Source of the DNA: Candidatus Acidiferrum sp. | GTDB taxonomy: Bacteria; Acidobacteriota; Terriglobia; Terriglobales; Acidobacteriaceae | Assembly: GCA_035568115.1 (NCBI GenBank) | Contig: DATMOP010000086.1 | Location: 31,279-95,278 of the forward strand | Direction: 5' to 3' | Length of the DNA stretch: 64,000 nt | In this document: positions 50,152 through 60,094 of the stretch, piece by piece | How positions within the stretch are numbered: position 1 is the first letter of the stretch | How the letters are laid out: each line of letters opens with the position of its first letter | Position numbers and translations under genes: made by a program | Notes under the pieces: generated by a model | Seen by the model: only the letters and a program-made list of their open reading frames with translations | Told to the model about the DNA's origin: nothing | Databases searched by the model: none

Positions 50152-52128
50152 ATGATTCAGCTTTCCGACGCCGGAAAACGCTTCGGCCACAAACTTCTTT
50201 TTGAAAACACCGACTGGCTGATCACGCCCCACGACCGCGTCGGCCTGGTGGGCGCGAACGGCACCGGCAAGTCCACGCTGATGAAGGTGCTCGCAGGCCT
50301 CGACAGCTTCGACTACGGCTCGCTCATCGTCGCCAAAGGAACCACTGCTGGCTATCTGCCGCAGGATGGACTCACGCTTTCCGGTCGCACCGTGTTTGCG
50401 GAGTGCATGACGGTGTTCACCGGACTGCATGCCATCGAGCGCGAACTGGAAACGCTGACGCATAAGATCTCCGAACTCGATCACACGAGCCCAGAGTATG
50501 CCGAGGTCGCCGACCGCTACCACAGCCTGGAGCACGAGTTCCGCACCCGCGATGGTTACTCGATTGAAGCCGAAGTGGGACGCGTGCTCCAGGGACTCGG
50601 CTTTCGCAAAGAAGACTGGGAGCGGCAGACGGGTGAATTTTCTGGCGGCTGGCAGATGCGGCTGGCATTGGCCAAGCTGCTGCTGCAAAAGCCGAACCTG
50701 CTGTTGCTGGACGAACCCACCAACCATCTCGACCTCGAAGCGCGCAACTGGCTGGAAGAATATCTGCACGATTATCCGCATGCGCTGGTGCTCATTTCGC
50801 ACGACCGCTATTTTCTCGATGTGGTGGTGAACAAGATCGCGGAGATCTGGAACAAGCGCTTCTGGTTCTACACCGGCAACTACGACAAATTCCTGGCCCA
50901 GAAGACGCAGCGTAACGAGCAGTTGCAAGCCGCCTATCGCAACCAGCGCGACCGCATCGAGCAACTGGAAGTATTCATTAACCGCTTCCGCTACCAGGCC
51001 ACCAAGGCGAAGCAGGTGCAGAGCCGCATCAAAGAACTGGAAAAGATCGAGCGGATCGAGATCCCGCCGGAAGAAAAGACGATCCATTTTTCCTTCCCGC
51101 AGCCCAAGCCGAGCGGGCGGATCGTGGCCGAGTTCGTCGGGGTGGCAAAGATTTATCCGGCGAAAACGGGAACCAACACCAGTGAGAAGGAAGTCTTTCG
51201 CGACGTCGATTTCCTGATCGAGCGCGGCGACCGCATCGCGCTGGTCGGCATCAATGGGGCGGGCAAGTCCACGCTGATCAAGCTGCTCGCTGGGACGGAG
51301 AAGACGAGTCGCGGCGAATTCAAACTCGGCCACAATGTTGAGCCCGATTATTTCGCGCAGGATCAGTACAAAGAACTCGATCCAGACGCGCGCATGATTG
51401 ACGATCTCGGCGACGCTTCTCCCGGATCAACGCAAACCGAACTCCGCAGCCTGCTAGGTTGTTTTCTCTTTTCCGAGGACGATGTCTTCAAGAAAATCGG
51501 AGTGCTCTCCGGCGGCGAGCGGGGACGGTATGCCCTGCTTCGTCTGCTTCTGCATCCCGCGAACTTTCTGCTGCTCGACGAACCCACAAACCATCTGGAT
51601 CTACGCGCCAAAGACGTTTTACTTGAGGCACTGATGGAATACAACGGCACGGTCGTCTTCGTCTCTCACGACCGTTACTTTATTGACAAGCTGGCCACAC
51701 GGGTCTTCGAGATCGGCGACGGCAAGGTCGAGGTCTATCCCGGCAATTACGAAGACTACCTCTGGCGTAAACAGGGCGGGAGCGCGAAGCAGAATGAGGC
51801 GATCCGGCAACGGCTGAATATCCCCGTGCCTGCCTCTCCAACACCGTCCAACGGCAACCAGGCCGCAGCGGAAAACCAACCCGCAGCCAAAACGAAGCGC
51901 ATGAATCCCATCAAACGCAAGAAGATGGAGGACCGCATCCACGAACTGGAAGCCGAAATCAGCCGTACTGAGACCGTGATCACGCAGTGCGAAACCGCCT
52001 TACAGGATTTCGTCAGCGCCGACGAAACTCAGCTCCAGTCGCAAGAACTCGACCGAAACAAAACCACGCACGCCGCCTTGATCAAGGAGTGGGAAGAACT
52101 GAGCGAGTCCTTACACGAAGCCGACTAG
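50152..52128 (+). CDS. ABC-F family ATPase (Uup/EttA-like, two ABC domains plus a C-terminal coiled coil)
   Basis: Two Walker A sites (GANGTGKST, GINGAGKST), two signature motifs (FSGGWQMR, LSGGERGR), and no TM domain. Confidence 0.9.
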   Translation: MIQLSDAGKRFGHKLLFENTDWLITPHDRVGLVGANGTGKSTLMKVLAGLDSFDYGSLIVAKGTTAGYLPQDGLTLSGRTVFAECMTVFTGLHAIERELETLTHKISELDHTSPEYAEVADRYHSLEHEFRTRDGYSIEAEVGRVLQGLGFRKEDWERQTGEFSGGWQMRLALAKLLLQKPNLLLLDEPTNHLDLEARNWLEEYLHDYPHALVLISHDRYFLDVVVNKIAEIWNKRFWFYTGNYDKFLAQKTQRNEQLQAAYRNQRDRIEQLEVFINRFRYQATKAKQVQSRIKELEKIERIEIPPEEKTIHFSFPQPKPSGRIVAEFVGVAKIYPAKTGTNTSEKEVFRDVDFLIERGDRIALVGINGAGKSTLIKLLAGTEKTSRGEFKLGHNVEPDYFAQDQYKELDPDARMIDDLGDASPGSTQTELRSLLGCFLFSEDDVFKKIGVLSGGERGRYALLRLLLHPANFLLLDEPTNHLDLRAKDVLLEALMEYNGTVVFVSHDRYFIDKLATRVFEIGDGKVEVYPGNYEDYLWRKQGGSAKQNEAIRQRLNIPVPASPTPSNGNQAAAENQPAAKTKRMNPIKRKKMEDRIHELEAEISRTETVITQCETALQDFVSADETQLQSQELDRNKTTHAALIKEWEELSESLHEAD

Positions 52129-52303
52129 CGACAAGGTTACTTCCGCAACCGTACACTCTCTTTCGTAATCTCGGAGGATTACTTACCTCTGTGCGATAGT
52201 GAGCATGGCCGAAGGGACACGAACCATCCGTCGGCGACAATCCCAGAGTAACGCCAGGCTCGGAGCATGCAGCACGCGCCTCGCGGAATCGAAGGAAGGT
52301 AAA

Positions 52304-52822
52304 ATGCTCCAGTCCTCAGAAACTTTCAATGGCGTAAGGTCCACCTCTCCGGCTTCGAACCCTAACTCTTATAACCCCGTCAAAACCACCACTGCTCCCA
52401 TCGAGCAGGCCACTATTGGGCGCACGCTCGTGATCAAGGGCGAAATCAGCGGCGCGGAGGCTCTTTACATCGATGGCCGCATCGAGGGCAAGATCAGCCT
52501 GCCGGATAACCGCATCACCATAGGCCGCAACGGTGTGGTGCAGGCCAACATTACAGCCCGCGAAGTTGTGGTGATGGGCAAGGTGAATGGAAACATTGAG
52601 TGCAGCGACCGCGTGGATATCCGCAGCGAAGGCTCGGTCACGGGAGAAGTTTCCACGGTGCGCATCAGCGTGGAAGACGGCGCCGTGCTCAAGGGCGGCA
52701 TCCAGGTGAAGAGCGGCGAGCAGAAGCAGAACCAGGCCCAGTCTCAGCCGAAAACGGCGGAGACGTCCAAGCCCGCACCCGCGGAACCGGCAAAGGCCCT
52801 GGCTGCAACCGCCAGCGCCTAA
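52304..52822 (+). CDS. Bactofilin family cytoskeletal protein
   Basis: Beta-helical repeat pattern IKGEISGAEALYIDGRIEGKI...VVVMGKVNGNIEC...VSTVRISVEDGAVLKG with a Pro/Ala-rich tail. Confidence 0.85.
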   Translation: MLQSSETFNGVRSTSPASNPNSYNPVKTTTAPIEQATIGRTLVIKGEISGAEALYIDGRIEGKISLPDNRITIGRNGVVQANITAREVVVMGKVNGNIECSDRVDIRSEGSVTGEVSTVRISVEDGAVLKGGIQVKSGEQKQNQAQSQPKTAETSKPAPAEPAKALAATASA

Positions 52823-52850
52823 ATATATTCACGAACCTCACAAGAATGAA

Positions 52851-52883
52851 CAGGGGCCCGCACAGGCGTGCCCCTGATTTTTG
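52851..52883 (+). terminator. Hairpin terminator between the convergent bactofilin and msrB genes
   Basis: CAGGGGC-N12-GCCCCTG followed by ATTTTT. Confidence 0.65.
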
Positions 52884-52929
52884 GCGGGTACTTGTCTGGC
52901 TCGGCGCTCGCCGTCTCCGCGACCGGATC

Positions 52930-53334
52930 TTACTTCTTATCCTTGGTCTTCAAGTCGAGCGACGCGGAATTCATGCAATACCGCAGCCCGGTCGGCGCGG
53001 GACCATCTTCAAACACGTGCCCCAGGTGTGCGCCACATTTCGCGCAACGTGCCTCCACCCGGACCATCCCATAGCTGGAATCCTTGTGCTCTTCGACCTT
53101 GCTCTCGTCCGCAGGTTTGTAGAAACTGGGCCAGCCCGTTCCGGAATCGAACTTCGTTGAGGAATCAAACAGCGGCTCCCCACAGCAAACGCAGTGATAG
53201 GTCCCCGCGTCCTTGGTCTTCCAGTACTTCCCGGTGAAGGCCGGCTCAGTTCCGGCCTCGCGGGTCACATGATACTGCTCCGGCGTAAGCTTCTGTTTCC
53301 ACTCCGACTCGCTTTTTGTCAATTTCTCTGTCAT
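52930..53334 (-). CDS. msrB: Peptide-methionine (R)-S-oxide reductase
   Basis: CVCCGEPLF...GWPSF...[17 protein letters not shown]...RYCMNS, including both CxxC zinc motifs. Confidence 0.95.
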   Translation of the reverse strand: MTEKLTKSESEWKQKLTPEQYHVTREAGTEPAFTGKYWKTKDAGTYHCVCCGEPLFDSSTKFDSGTGWPSFYKPADESKVEEHKDSSYGMVRVEARCAKCGAHLGHVFEDGPAPTGLRYCMNSASLDLKTKDKK

Positions 53335-53350
53335 GAATAACTCTCCAAAA

Positions 53351-53439
53351 TCAGTGATCAGTGGCCAGTGGTCAGTAAAACCAAGGCCGAAGCCCGTTCA
53401 GGTTTTACTGGCCACTGACCACTAGCCACTAGCCACTGT
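53351..53439. repeat. Heptamer array (Y)CAGTG(R) x4 plus an inverted array CCACT(R)N x5, forming a long imperfect hairpin
   Basis: TCAGTGA TCAGTGG CCAGTGG TCAGTAA AACC - 18-nt loop - GGTT TTACTGG CCACTGA CCACTAG CCACTAG CCACTGT. Confidence 0.85.
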
Positions 53440-53635
53440 TCTTAGATGTTCGGCGTCCTGAAAAGTGGCGGACACATAGCACAGTCTCCTCTGCTTTGTC
53501 TGTGACATCCGTCACAACGTCTTTGTGACATCTAACCTTGTCTTCCACAGGCCCGGCAGTCGATTATGAACGAAACGTCTGCGAGTCCCTCGGGCCCGGC
53601 CGACCCCCTCAGAAGGCAGCCGGGCCTTTCAACGT

Positions 53636-54136
53636 TCAGTCCGCCACTTGCTCCCCGATCTTGCGGTATTTGCCGCGGAAAAACGTCAGCGGTTGCCCCT
53701 GGCGCACCACCACGTCCTCAACTTCCGCAATGAAGATCGTATGATCGCCCGCCTCCTGCGCCGACTGCAGCCGGCATTCCAGATAGGCCAGCGCCCCATG
53801 CAATATCGGAGTTCCCTGCGCCGTACGTTCAAAGCGCGCCCCAGCTTCCTCTTCGGCGTGCCCGTGAGTGTGTACCGGCCGCGCGTAGTATTCCGAAATC
53901 ACCTGCTGGCCCTCTGCCAGAATGTTGACCCCGAAACGCTTCTTGGCATGCAGGTGGGCATGTGTGCGCGCGCTGTGGTCGACGCAGACCAGCAGCAGCG
54001 GCGGATCGAGCGACACGGAAGCGAAGGCGTTGGCGGTCATGCCATGAACTTCGCCTTCCAGATCGAGGGTGATGATGGTCACTCCCGTGGCGAAGGTCCC
54101 CATCGCTTTTCGAAATTCGGTTGGAGTCAGGCTCAT
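53636..54136 (-). CDS. Flavin reductase family protein (FMN-binding split barrel)
   Basis: FRKAMGTFATGVTIIT...GMTANAFASVSLDPPLLLVCV. Confidence 0.85.
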   Translation of the reverse strand: MSLTPTEFRKAMGTFATGVTIITLDLEGEVHGMTANAFASVSLDPPLLLVCVDHSARTHAHLHAKKRFGVNILAEGQQVISEYYARPVHTHGHAEEEAGARFERTAQGTPILHGALAYLECRLQSAQEAGDHTIFIAEVEDVVVRQGQPLTFFRGKYRKIGEQVAD

Positions 54137-54227
54137 AGCGCGACGGCGGCCTGAAGGCCGCGACTGCCTACATTAGCACGGTAGTGGCTTGCTAAAGTCA
54201 ATCAGCGTAAACGCCTGTCTGCAACAG

Positions 54228-54941
54228 TTATCGCTTTAGCGATTTCGCCTTCTCGTCATAGGATCGTGCTTCTGTGTGTTCGCCCAATTTGCGACTTGTC
54301 GTCGCGAGCATTGCATATCTTATGGACTCTGGCGGGCCAGCGGGGCCGGACTGGAGACAAAGGATAAACTCTCGCTTTGCTCGTTGAAAATCTCTTAATT
54401 CATACAGGGTGTAGCCGAAATAGTAGTGAAATACCGATTGCCAATCTTCGCTCACCCCGAGCGAGTTGGCACACTCGAATTGCTCTTTGGCCAGGGGATA
54501 GAGAGCCAGCTCGTGATAGCACGGACCGAGGTGACAGTAAACGTCGCTCTGAACTCCACACTCCAGTTGGAACGAAAGCGCTTCCTCTAGGACAGGTCGC
54601 GCTTCCTCATTCTTCCCAATGTGCATGAGAGAAAATGCCCGTTGCAGCTGCACAAGTTCGTATACGTTTCGACCGTCGGGATTCTTGAAGCAGTCCGCGT
54701 ATCCAATCAGCATCGCGGACAGCTTCTGTAATCCCTCCTCTCGTCTGTTCTCATTTATAAGCAACTTAGCGTGGAACAGGTCGATCTCTGCGCAGGCCTG
54801 CACACTCGCGGCGGCTAGCAGCTTGGCCTCTCCTGTAAGTGTTTCAGCATCCCTAAATTGGCCCTGTTTTTGAAGGTGGGCCGCTTGCTCCAACAGGTGG
54901 GCTGCTTTCCCCAGGGAATCATCGCTATCAATCATGCTCAA
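54228..54941 (-). CDS. TPR-like helical repeat protein (hypothetical)
   Basis: Repeated amphipathic helix pairs. GC looks lower than in the neighbours. No specific family recognised. Confidence 0.55.
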   Translation of the reverse strand: MSMIDSDDSLGKAAHLLEQAAHLQKQGQFRDAETLTGEAKLLAAASVQACAEIDLFHAKLLINENRREEGLQKLSAMLIGYADCFKNPDGRNVYELVQLQRAFSLMHIGKNEEARPVLEEALSFQLECGVQSDVYCHLGPCYHELALYPLAKEQFECANSLGVSEDWQSVFHYYFGYTLYELRDFQRAKREFILCLQSGPAGPPESIRYAMLATTSRKLGEHTEARSYDEKAKSLKR

Positions 54942-55024
54942 GATAAGAGTGATTATGCCATCGGACAGAGACTGTTGGCGTAAATATCGCCCCTACACTC
55001 ATTGGCCCCTCCCAGAGCCGGTTG

Positions 55025-55045
55025 TCACTGCCCACTAGCCACTGT
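55025..55045. repeat. Three heptamers of the same family (TCACTGC CCACTAG CCACTGT)
   Basis: Same unit as the right arm at 53405-53439. It abuts or overlaps the ORF-track TTG start of cofG. Confidence 0.7.
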
Positions 55046-55155
55046 TGTATGATTCGAGAATCCGCGCGCTTGCGGAACCGGCCTTTGTGACTCCAACCGC
55101 CATCAGCACGGCCCCCTCAGAACACCGCACATCCTGCGCGGCCGAACTGGCCGAT

Positions 55156-56295
55156 GTGCAGCCCGGCTCGCCCATCTCCCGCGACTTGGCTCTTCGCCTA
55201 ATCCACTGCGGTAACGAGGATCTCCCCGCCCTACTGGCCGCCGCACGCGCCGCGAGAGACAACTTCAAACCCGGTGTCATCACCTATTCGCGAAAGGTTT
55301 TCCTGCCGCTGACTAATCTCTGCCGCGACTATTGTGGCTACTGCATTTTCCGCCGCGATCCCTCGGACCCCGGCGCGCACACCATGACTCCGGAAGAAGT
55401 CCTCGAGGTAGCCCGCGCCGGCGAAAAGCTGGGATGCACCGAAGCCCTCTTCAGTCTGGGCGACAAGCCGGAACTGCTTTTCCCCGAGATGCGCGACACG
55501 CTCCGTCATCTCGGATACAAGTCCACACTGCACTATCTCGAGGCCATGTGCGAACTGGTACTGCGTGAGACTAGTTTGCTGCCTCATCCCAATCCCGGGC
55601 TGCTGAGCGCCGAATGGATCGCCCGCCTGGCCACAGTTTCGCCCAGCATGGGCCTCATGCTTGAAACCACAAACTCCGCCCTGCTGGCGCCTGGCGCCGC
55701 TCACGACAACGCTCCCGATAAAGTCCCGGCCAAGCGTTTGCGCACCATCGAAGAAGCGGGAAAGCAGCGAGTGCCCTTCACCACGGGATTGCTGATCGGA
55801 ATCGGCGAGACGCCCGAAGACCGCGTCGACACCCTGCTCGCTATCCGCGACCTGCATGAACACTACGGTCACATCCAAGAAGTGATCGTTCAGAATTTCC
55901 GCGCCAAGCCCGCCATCCCCATGGCGCAGGTGTCCGAGCCCAGCCAGGGTGAGATGCTCCGCGCTGTGGCGGTAGCTCGCTTGTTAATGCCCAACCTCAA
56001 CATTCAGGCGCCTCCCAACCTCAATGCGCCGTATTATGAGGAGTTGCTCGACGCAGGCATCAACGACTGGGGAGGAGTTTCGCCACTGACCCCGGACTAC
56101 ATCAATCCAGAGAAACCCTGGCCGCATCTGGAGGAACTCCGTGTGAGAACCGAGAGTAAGGGATTCCTGTTGCGTCAACGCTTGCCGGTTTATCCTGAGT
56201 TCGTGCCTGCCCTTATGTCCCGGCCCGGATTGCTTGCGGAGAAGCTTCAAGCCGCCCGCGACGCTGAAGACCTCGCGAAGCAGAGGGCCGCATGA
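55156..56295 (+). CDS. cofG: 7,8-didemethyl-8-hydroxy-5-deazariboflavin (FO) synthase subunit CofG (radical SAM)
   Basis: ITYSRKVFLPLTNLCRDYCGYCIF contains the CxxxCxxC motif. The start is uncertain (ORF maximum TTG 55045; in-frame GTGs at 55087 and 55156). The stop overlaps the cofD ATG. Confidence 0.85.
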   Translation: MQPGSPISRDLALRLIHCGNEDLPALLAAARAARDNFKPGVITYSRKVFLPLTNLCRDYCGYCIFRRDPSDPGAHTMTPEEVLEVARAGEKLGCTEALFSLGDKPELLFPEMRDTLRHLGYKSTLHYLEAMCELVLRETSLLPHPNPGLLSAEWIARLATVSPSMGLMLETTNSALLAPGAAHDNAPDKVPAKRLRTIEEAGKQRVPFTTGLLIGIGETPEDRVDTLLAIRDLHEHYGHIQEVIVQNFRAKPAIPMAQVSEPSQGEMLRAVAVARLLMPNLNIQAPPNLNAPYYEELLDAGINDWGGVSPLTPDYINPEKPWPHLEELRVRTESKGFLLRQRLPVYPEFVPALMSRPGLLAEKLQAARDAEDLAKQRAA

Positions 56296-57266
56296 TCTGC
56301 GTGCTCACTGGCGGCACCGGCGGCGCCAAGTTCGTCGATGGTCTGCGGCAAGTCATTTCCGCGGAAGAAATCACTCTGATCGTTAATACCGGCGACGACT
56401 TATTGTGGTGGGGACTTTACGTTTCGCCCGACATTGATTCCATCACTTACGTTCTCTCCGGCCTGCTCAGCCGCGAGCGCGGTTGGGGCGTGAAGGGCGA
56501 CACCTTTCTCTGCTTGCAAGCCATGGGACAACTGGGCGAGCCTACGTGGTTCCACACTGGAGATCGCGACCTCGCGGTCCACCTGCTGCGTTCGCGCTTG
56601 CTGGCGGAGGGCAAAACGCTCTCCGAGGCTACCTTTACAATTTGCGAAAAGCTGGGCGTGAAAGCTCGCATCCTTCCTATGAGTGATTCGCGGGTCGAAA
56701 CGCGAGTGGATACACCTTCGGGCGAGTTGAGCTTCGAAGAATATTTCGTGCAGCGCTGGTATCAGGATCCGGTGAACTCGGTGCGATTTGCCGGAGCCTC
56801 CGACGCCGAGCCCGCGCCGGGAGTGATCGAAGCGATCGTCTCCGCCGACGCTGTGATCATCGCTCCGAGCAATCCCATCACCAGCATCGGCCCGATTCTT
56901 TCTGTGCCCGGAATCCGCGAGGCTTTGCGCGGAGCACGCGGTAAGGTTGCGGCCGTGAGTCCGATCGTTGGGAATGCCCCCGTGGCCGGACCTGCGGGCA
57001 TTCTCATGGCCGCACAGCGGCTGCCTTGCTCGATCGCCGGCATCGCCAAAGCCTACGAAGATTTTCTCGACCTCCTCATTTGCGACACTCGCGACGTTCG
57101 CGCGGCGGAAACGCTTCGCCGAAGCGGTTTGCGGGTGCAGTGTGCGCAAACCATCATGCGCTCCGCCGAAGACCGGGCCGCGCTCGCTCGAACCGTTCTT
57201 TCGTCCGCTGTCAGCGGAATGCGTTCTGACCAATCCGCGGCCCGCGCCGCCTCCGAACAGCCGTGA
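56292..57266 (+). CDS. cofD: 2-phospho-L-lactate transferase (F420 biosynthesis)
   Basis: MICVLTGGTGGAKFVDGL and the overall CofD/FbiA layout. ATGA coupling with cofG. Confidence 0.9.
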   Translation: MICVLTGGTGGAKFVDGLRQVISAEEITLIVNTGDDLLWWGLYVSPDIDSITYVLSGLLSRERGWGVKGDTFLCLQAMGQLGEPTWFHTGDRDLAVHLLRSRLLAEGKTLSEATFTICEKLGVKARILPMSDSRVETRVDTPSGELSFEEYFVQRWYQDPVNSVRFAGASDAEPAPGVIEAIVSADAVIIAPSNPITSIGPILSVPGIREALRGARGKVAAVSPIVGNAPVAGPAGILMAAQRLPCSIAGIAKAYEDFLDLLICDTRDVRAAETLRRSGLRVQCAQTIMRSAEDRAALARTVLSSAVSGMRSDQSAARAASEQP

Positions 57267-57925
57267 TCCTCATCCCCGTCAAGAATTTGTCCACGGCCAA
57301 GCAACGGCTGGCCGCCGTGCTGGATCAACCCGCGCGCACCGAGTTGGCGCAGGCCATGCTGCATGACGTCTTATCCGCTCTTGCGGCATGGCAGGGTCGA
57401 CCTCCATGCGCACTGGTGACCAGCGACCCTTTCGCAATGGCACTGGCGCGACAATACGATTTCGAAATCATCCTCGACCCGGCGAACCCTGGAGAAACTG
57501 GCGCCATCGAGATGGCGACGCAGAAATGCCTGGCCCGCGGCATCGGCAGTACGCTCGTCATTCCCGCCGACATTCCGTTGATTCAAGCCAGTGAGCTGAA
57601 TCAGATTCTCGTGCAAGCTCCCCACGAAGGCTCGGTACTCGCGCCCGCCGCCGACGGACGCGGTACCAACGCCGCCTTCCGCCGCCCCGCCAATTTGTTC
57701 GCACTGCGCTTCGGGAACGATAGCTTCAAGCCCCACCTCGCCGCCGCTCAAGCTACGGGTAAACCCTGCATCGTGCTGCAACTGCCGGGCATCGCGGCCG
57801 ATGTGGACACTCCCGAAGACCTGCGGCAGCTTCTCGCACACCCCGGCGAAACCCGCACCCAGAGCCTGGTTCGGAAGTGGACACTCGACCGAAGCTTCCT
57901 CTCCACAAAATCGGAGGTCTCGTGA
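57263..57925 (+). CDS. cofC: Phospholactate/phosphoenolpyruvate guanylyltransferase (F420 biosynthesis)
   Basis: ILIPVKNLSTAKQRLA...GRGTNA. GTGA overlap with cofD. Confidence 0.85.
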   Translation: MILIPVKNLSTAKQRLAAVLDQPARTELAQAMLHDVLSALAAWQGRPPCALVTSDPFAMALARQYDFEIILDPANPGETGAIEMATQKCLARGIGSTLVIPADIPLIQASELNQILVQAPHEGSVLAPAADGRGTNAAFRRPANLFALRFGNDSFKPHLAAAQATGKPCIVLQLPGIAADVDTPEDLRQLLAHPGETRTQSLVRKWTLDRSFLSTKSEVS

Positions 57926-58800
57926 GGCGCACGCTTGGCGCCGCCGGGAAGCGGCGAAAGAGTACTGCCCACGACGCCGGCCGCGGGTCCGCGTCGAAAC
58001 GAGAGCGAGCCCCGAAGGAGCGGAAAAAACAAACCCGGCTCGTATTGTCTGCCGATCTGCGCATCATCGGCATCCGTATCGCCGGTGAAATCGGCGCCGG
58101 TGATTCGCTCGCCGACCAACTGCTGCAATCGCTTCGGCGACATAAGCTCGCATTCACATCCGGCGACATTCTCGTCGTTAAACACAAAATAATTTCTAAA
58201 GCGGAAGGCAGCACGGTTAACCTGGCAACCATCATGCCTTCTGCCCAATCGATTGCGTGGGCAAAGAAATACAAGCTGGATGCTCGCGTCATCGAGCTCG
58301 CCCAGCGTGAGAGCCGCTCCGTCATCCGCCGCAAGAACGGCGTCTTCATCACCGAGACGCGGCACGGCTTCATTTGCGCCAACAGCGGCGTAGACGTCTC
58401 CAACGTCGATGGCGGGCGTCATGCCCTGCTTTTGCCAGCCGATCCAGATCGCTCCGCCCGCAAACTTCATCGCGAACTCAAGAAACACACCGGGCTTGCC
58501 ATTCCCGTTCTCATCACTGACACCTTCGGCCGTCCGTGGCGCGAAGGTTTGGTCGATTTCTGCATTGGCATTGCAGGCATGAAAGCACTGCGCGACGATC
58601 GTGGCCGCCGCGATCCACACGGCTACACCCTGCAAGCCAGTCTTGAAGCCATCGCCGACGAACTCGCCTGCGCCGCCGCACTGGTCTGTGCCAAGCTGAA
58701 CCGCGTGCCGGCATGCATCATTCGCGGATTCTCCTACGAACCCGCGCGGAGCCACGCGCGCGATTTGCTTCGTCCCGCAGCCAACGACCTATTCCGCTAA
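57922..58800 (+). CDS. cofE: Coenzyme F420-0:L-glutamate ligase (no FbiB-type nitroreductase extension)
   Basis: GDILVVKHKIISKAEG...FICANSGVDVSN...PADPD. GGAGG plus GTG at 57922 overlaps the cofC stop (GTGA). An alternative TTG start is at 58045. Confidence 0.85.
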   Translation: MRRTLGAAGKRRKSTAHDAGRGSASKRERAPKERKKQTRLVLSADLRIIGIRIAGEIGAGDSLADQLLQSLRRHKLAFTSGDILVVKHKIISKAEGSTVNLATIMPSAQSIAWAKKYKLDARVIELAQRESRSVIRRKNGVFITETRHGFICANSGVDVSNVDGGRHALLLPADPDRSARKLHRELKKHTGLAIPVLITDTFGRPWREGLVDFCIGIAGMKALRDDRGRRDPHGYTLQASLEAIADELACAAALVCAKLNRVPACIIRGFSYEPARSHARDLLRPAANDLFR

Positions 58801-58861
58801 CCCCTCGCCAAACGGCGGTCTCTAGGAGTAATTTGGAATACCAACAGCTTTGGAGGAACTC

Positions 58862-60094
58862 GTGCCCCGCGAACTCTCGATTTCGGAACTGGAAAGTTTT
58901 CCTGCCCTCGACTGGTTTGACGTCGCGCCACGCCTCACGCCTGCCGTGCGTTCCTCAGTGGAGAGAATTCTCGAAACGCAAAATGGCAATGCCGTCTCGC
59001 TGGAAGAAGCGTATGCTCTCGCCCACTCCGAAGGCGACGACCTGCTCGGCCTGCTCGCCGCCGCCAATCTGCTGCGGGCCGAACTCTGCGGCAATCTCGT
59101 CACCTACGTGGTGAATCGCAACATCAACTTCACCAACATCTGCTTTGTGGGATGCAAGTTTTGCGCCTTCAGCCGCGGCCCGCGCGAGTCCGACACCTAT
59201 TTCCTCGAGCCGGAACAAGTCGCGCAAAAGGCCGTGGAGGCCTGGCATCTCGGCGCGACCGAGGTCTGCATCCAGGGCGGACTGCCGCACGGCCTGCCTC
59301 CGTTTTACTATCGCGATATTCTGCGCGCAGTGAAGGGCGCCGTGCCCGCGATGCACATCCATGCCTTCTCGCCGATGGAAATCGTCTACGGCGTCGAACT
59401 TACCGGCATGCCCCTCGCCGACTATCTCTCCATGCTGCGCGATAACGGCCTGGACACGCTGCCCGGCACGGCTGCCGAGATTCTCGACGACGAAGTTCGG
59501 CACATTCTTTCGGCCAACAAACTTTCTACAGCGCAGTGGATCGAAGTCATCCGGACCGCGCACCGCATCGGCATCCGATCCACTTCGACCTTGATGTATG
59601 GACACACGGAAACGCCGGAACATTGGGTCCGGCAAATGCGCTTGTTGCGCGAGATCCAGAACGATACCGGAGGCTTCACAGAATTCGTCCCGCTCGGATT
59701 CGTCCATCAAAACACGCTACTTTTTCATCAAGGCCTGGCGCGCTCTGGACCGACTCTCGCTGAGCATCTGAAAGTGCATGCTCTCTCCCGCCTGCTGCTC
59801 GCCGGCTCCATCAACAACCTTCAGGTTTCGTGGGTGAAGTTGAACCGCCGCCTCTCGCAACTCTGCCTGCACGCCGGCGCCAACGACTACGGCGGCACGC
59901 TGATGGAAGAAAACATTTCGCGCGAAGCCGGGGCCACCGCCGGCCAATACACCAGCCCCGAAGATTTTCAGTCGTTGATTCTGGAAATGGGCCGCGTCCC
60001 CGCTGAGCGCAACACAACCTACACGCACATCAAGCTCAAGCTGCCGCTCGAAGACTGCACCGCCGAAGAAACGCTGGAGCCGCAGTTTGCATGA
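58862..60094 (+). CDS. cofH: FO synthase subunit CofH (radical SAM)
   Basis: NINFTNICFVGCKFCAFS. GGAGG SD plus GTG at 58862 (ORF-track TTG at 58850). Confidence 0.9.
   Translation: MPRELSISELESFPALDWFDVAPRLTPAVRSSVERILETQNGNAVSLEEAYALAHSEGDDLLGLLAAANLLRAELCGNLVTYVVNRNINFTNICFVGCKFCAFSRGPRESDTYFLEPEQVAQKAVEAWHLGATEVCIQGGLPHGLPPFYYRDILRAVKGAVPAMHIHAFSPMEIVYGVELTGMPLADYLSMLRDNGLDTLPGTAAEILDDEVRHILSANKLSTAQWIEVIRTAHRIGIRSTSTLMYGHTETPEHWVRQMRLLREIQNDTGGFTEFVPLGFVHQNTLLFHQGLARSGPTLAEHLKVHALSRLLLAGSINNLQVSWVKLNRRLSQLCLHAGANDYGGTLMEENISREAGATAGQYTSPEDFQSLILEMGRVPAERNTTYTHIKLKLPLEDCTAEETLEPQFA

Noticed and set aside
54196-54995. Short shared strings (GCGTAAA, TATCGC, ACAGT/ACTGT) on both flanks of the lower-GC TPR gene, considered as insertion boundaries
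   Set aside because: The matches are 6-7 nt, in inconsistent order and orientation, with no IR/TSD structure comparable to the element at 254-1792.
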